Shown: positions 34,861 to 35,732 of the stretch, piece by piece
Numbering within the stretch: the first letter of the stretch is position 1
Layout of the letters: the number at the start of each line of letters is the position of its first letter
Assembly: GCA_003990765.1 (NCBI GenBank)
Contig: RBNJ01000242.1
Span: 1-35,732 of the forward strand
DNA: 35,732 nucleotides
Source: Jimgerdemannia flammicorona
Lineage: Eukaryota
Direction of reading: 5' to 3'
Notes under the pieces: model-generated
The model's database searches: none
What the model was told of the DNA's origin: nothing
The model's input: the letters and a program-made list of their open reading frames with translations, nothing else
Position numbers and translations under genes: made by a program

Positions 34861-35732
34861 TGTAACAGTGACCCCAGAATGATGACATCAGCACAGGAGA
34901 CAGCCTTTCTTTACAAGCCACCAGATCAGAGTACAAGAAGATCATATGGCATACGAGATGAGCAACGATGACCAACTGTGAGTCATTGTGACCACAGCAC
35001 AAGCATCCTGAAGAATATAAAAGAAGGATCAAGGAATCGCAGTAGCAGCAACCAACAAGAACCCCAATCCCAAAATAGCTCAAAGACTTACCACAAACAA
35101 AATGCCTGCTGCCTGCCAAACCTCAAGGTCAAGAAATCATCAAGATATCTCAGTCGAGGAAAGGATGTTTCAAGACATCAGAAGAGCCATGAGGACCTGC
35201 TCAAGAAGGACTCCTAGTGTCAACCTGGGTACTGCAGACCCTTATCACTTTAACCTCTACCACCATGAAATGGAAACAAGGATCACCATTGCTACCGAAT
35301 GCCTCCAAATGTGGCAGGAGTACGAAATAGGAAACCTCCTCTGCCAGGAGTTCCTACAGGCCAGCCCTCAAGAGCTACAAGATGCCACCCCCATAGACCT
35401 ACATGAGGCAAGGACAGCAAAGAAGATCCATCAGATCTTCAGGCATGCACCATGGTCGATCCCCAACTTGGAGTATGTTAGAGTCTCAGACTTCAGAGAC
35501 CTGTCATCCCGCCGCATCAATGCACTAGAAGCCAGGGTAGCTACAGAAGCCCAGTCCACCATCACCCTCAACAGCGAAGAAGTAGAAGACTTCTGGCACC
35601 CTATTCTTCAGGACAACCCAGACCAATTCCTGCAAGGGTTGATCTCAGTATTCCAAGGCCCAAGCATCCAGGTCAGACCTCCCCAGGACCCCACATTTGT
35701 CCCTTACTTTGTGGAAGAGAACCTCATAGACT
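34861..35732 (+). mobile_element. Left end of putative element D (LTR-like start), less decayed
   Basis: Abrupt composition change at TGTAAC (the same terminal hexamer as the A LTR), TATAAAA at 35016-35022, several surviving CpGs. The other end is outside the window. Confidence 0.5.
35102..35732 (+). CDS. Uninterrupted ORF (at least 210 codons, 3'-truncated by the window) containing the unknown TE accessory domain
   Basis: ATG in AAACAAAATG context 80 nt after the TATA box. MPAACQTS...MWQEYEIGNLLCQEFLQASPQELQDATPIDLHEARTAKKIHQIFRHAPWSIPNLEYVRVSDFRDLSSRRINALEA... with no stop to the window end, which is probably why the ORF track omits it. Confidence 0.75.
   Translation, partial: MPAACQTSRSRNHQDISVEERMFQDIRRAMRTCSRRTPSVNLGTADPYHFNLYHHEMETRITIATECLQMWQEYEIGNLLCQEFLQASPQELQDATPIDLHEARTAKKIHQIFRHAPWSIPNLEYVRVSDFRDLSSRRINALEARVATEAQSTITLNSEEVEDFWHPILQDNPDQFLQGLISVFQGPSIQVRPPQDPTFVPYFVEENLID

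Overview
Eukaryotic, most likely fungal, repeat-rich DNA (lineage inferred from short GTAAG..YAG introns and TE types, not proven). One intact host gene, a 4-exon, 320-aa NAD(P)-binding extended/atypical SDR on the minus strand (4167-5477), sits in a CpG-rich island of about 2 kb. Around it are decayed, almost CpG-free transposons. These are: the 3' end of a chromodomain Ty3/Gypsy element (1-1519); Gypsy element A (minus, 5966-26732) with sister element B (plus, 14112-24487) nested antisense in its gag; two hAT-like MITE copies; Gypsy element C (27123-33813); and the start of a less decayed element D (34861-end). A, B and C carry a dUTPase between protease and RT, have 4-bp TSDs, and have extra Cys/His motifs upstream of the dUTPase. 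The most notable signal is absent from the ORF track. One uncharacterised, probably helical domain (Y-x-[IL]-G-x-x-L ...~25 aa... A-x-[RK]-x-x-x-[LI]-[FY]) recurs five times: as an ORF after pol in A, B and C, as a decayed ORF at about 1520-2580, and as a stop-free ORF of at least 210 codons behind a TATA box in D.
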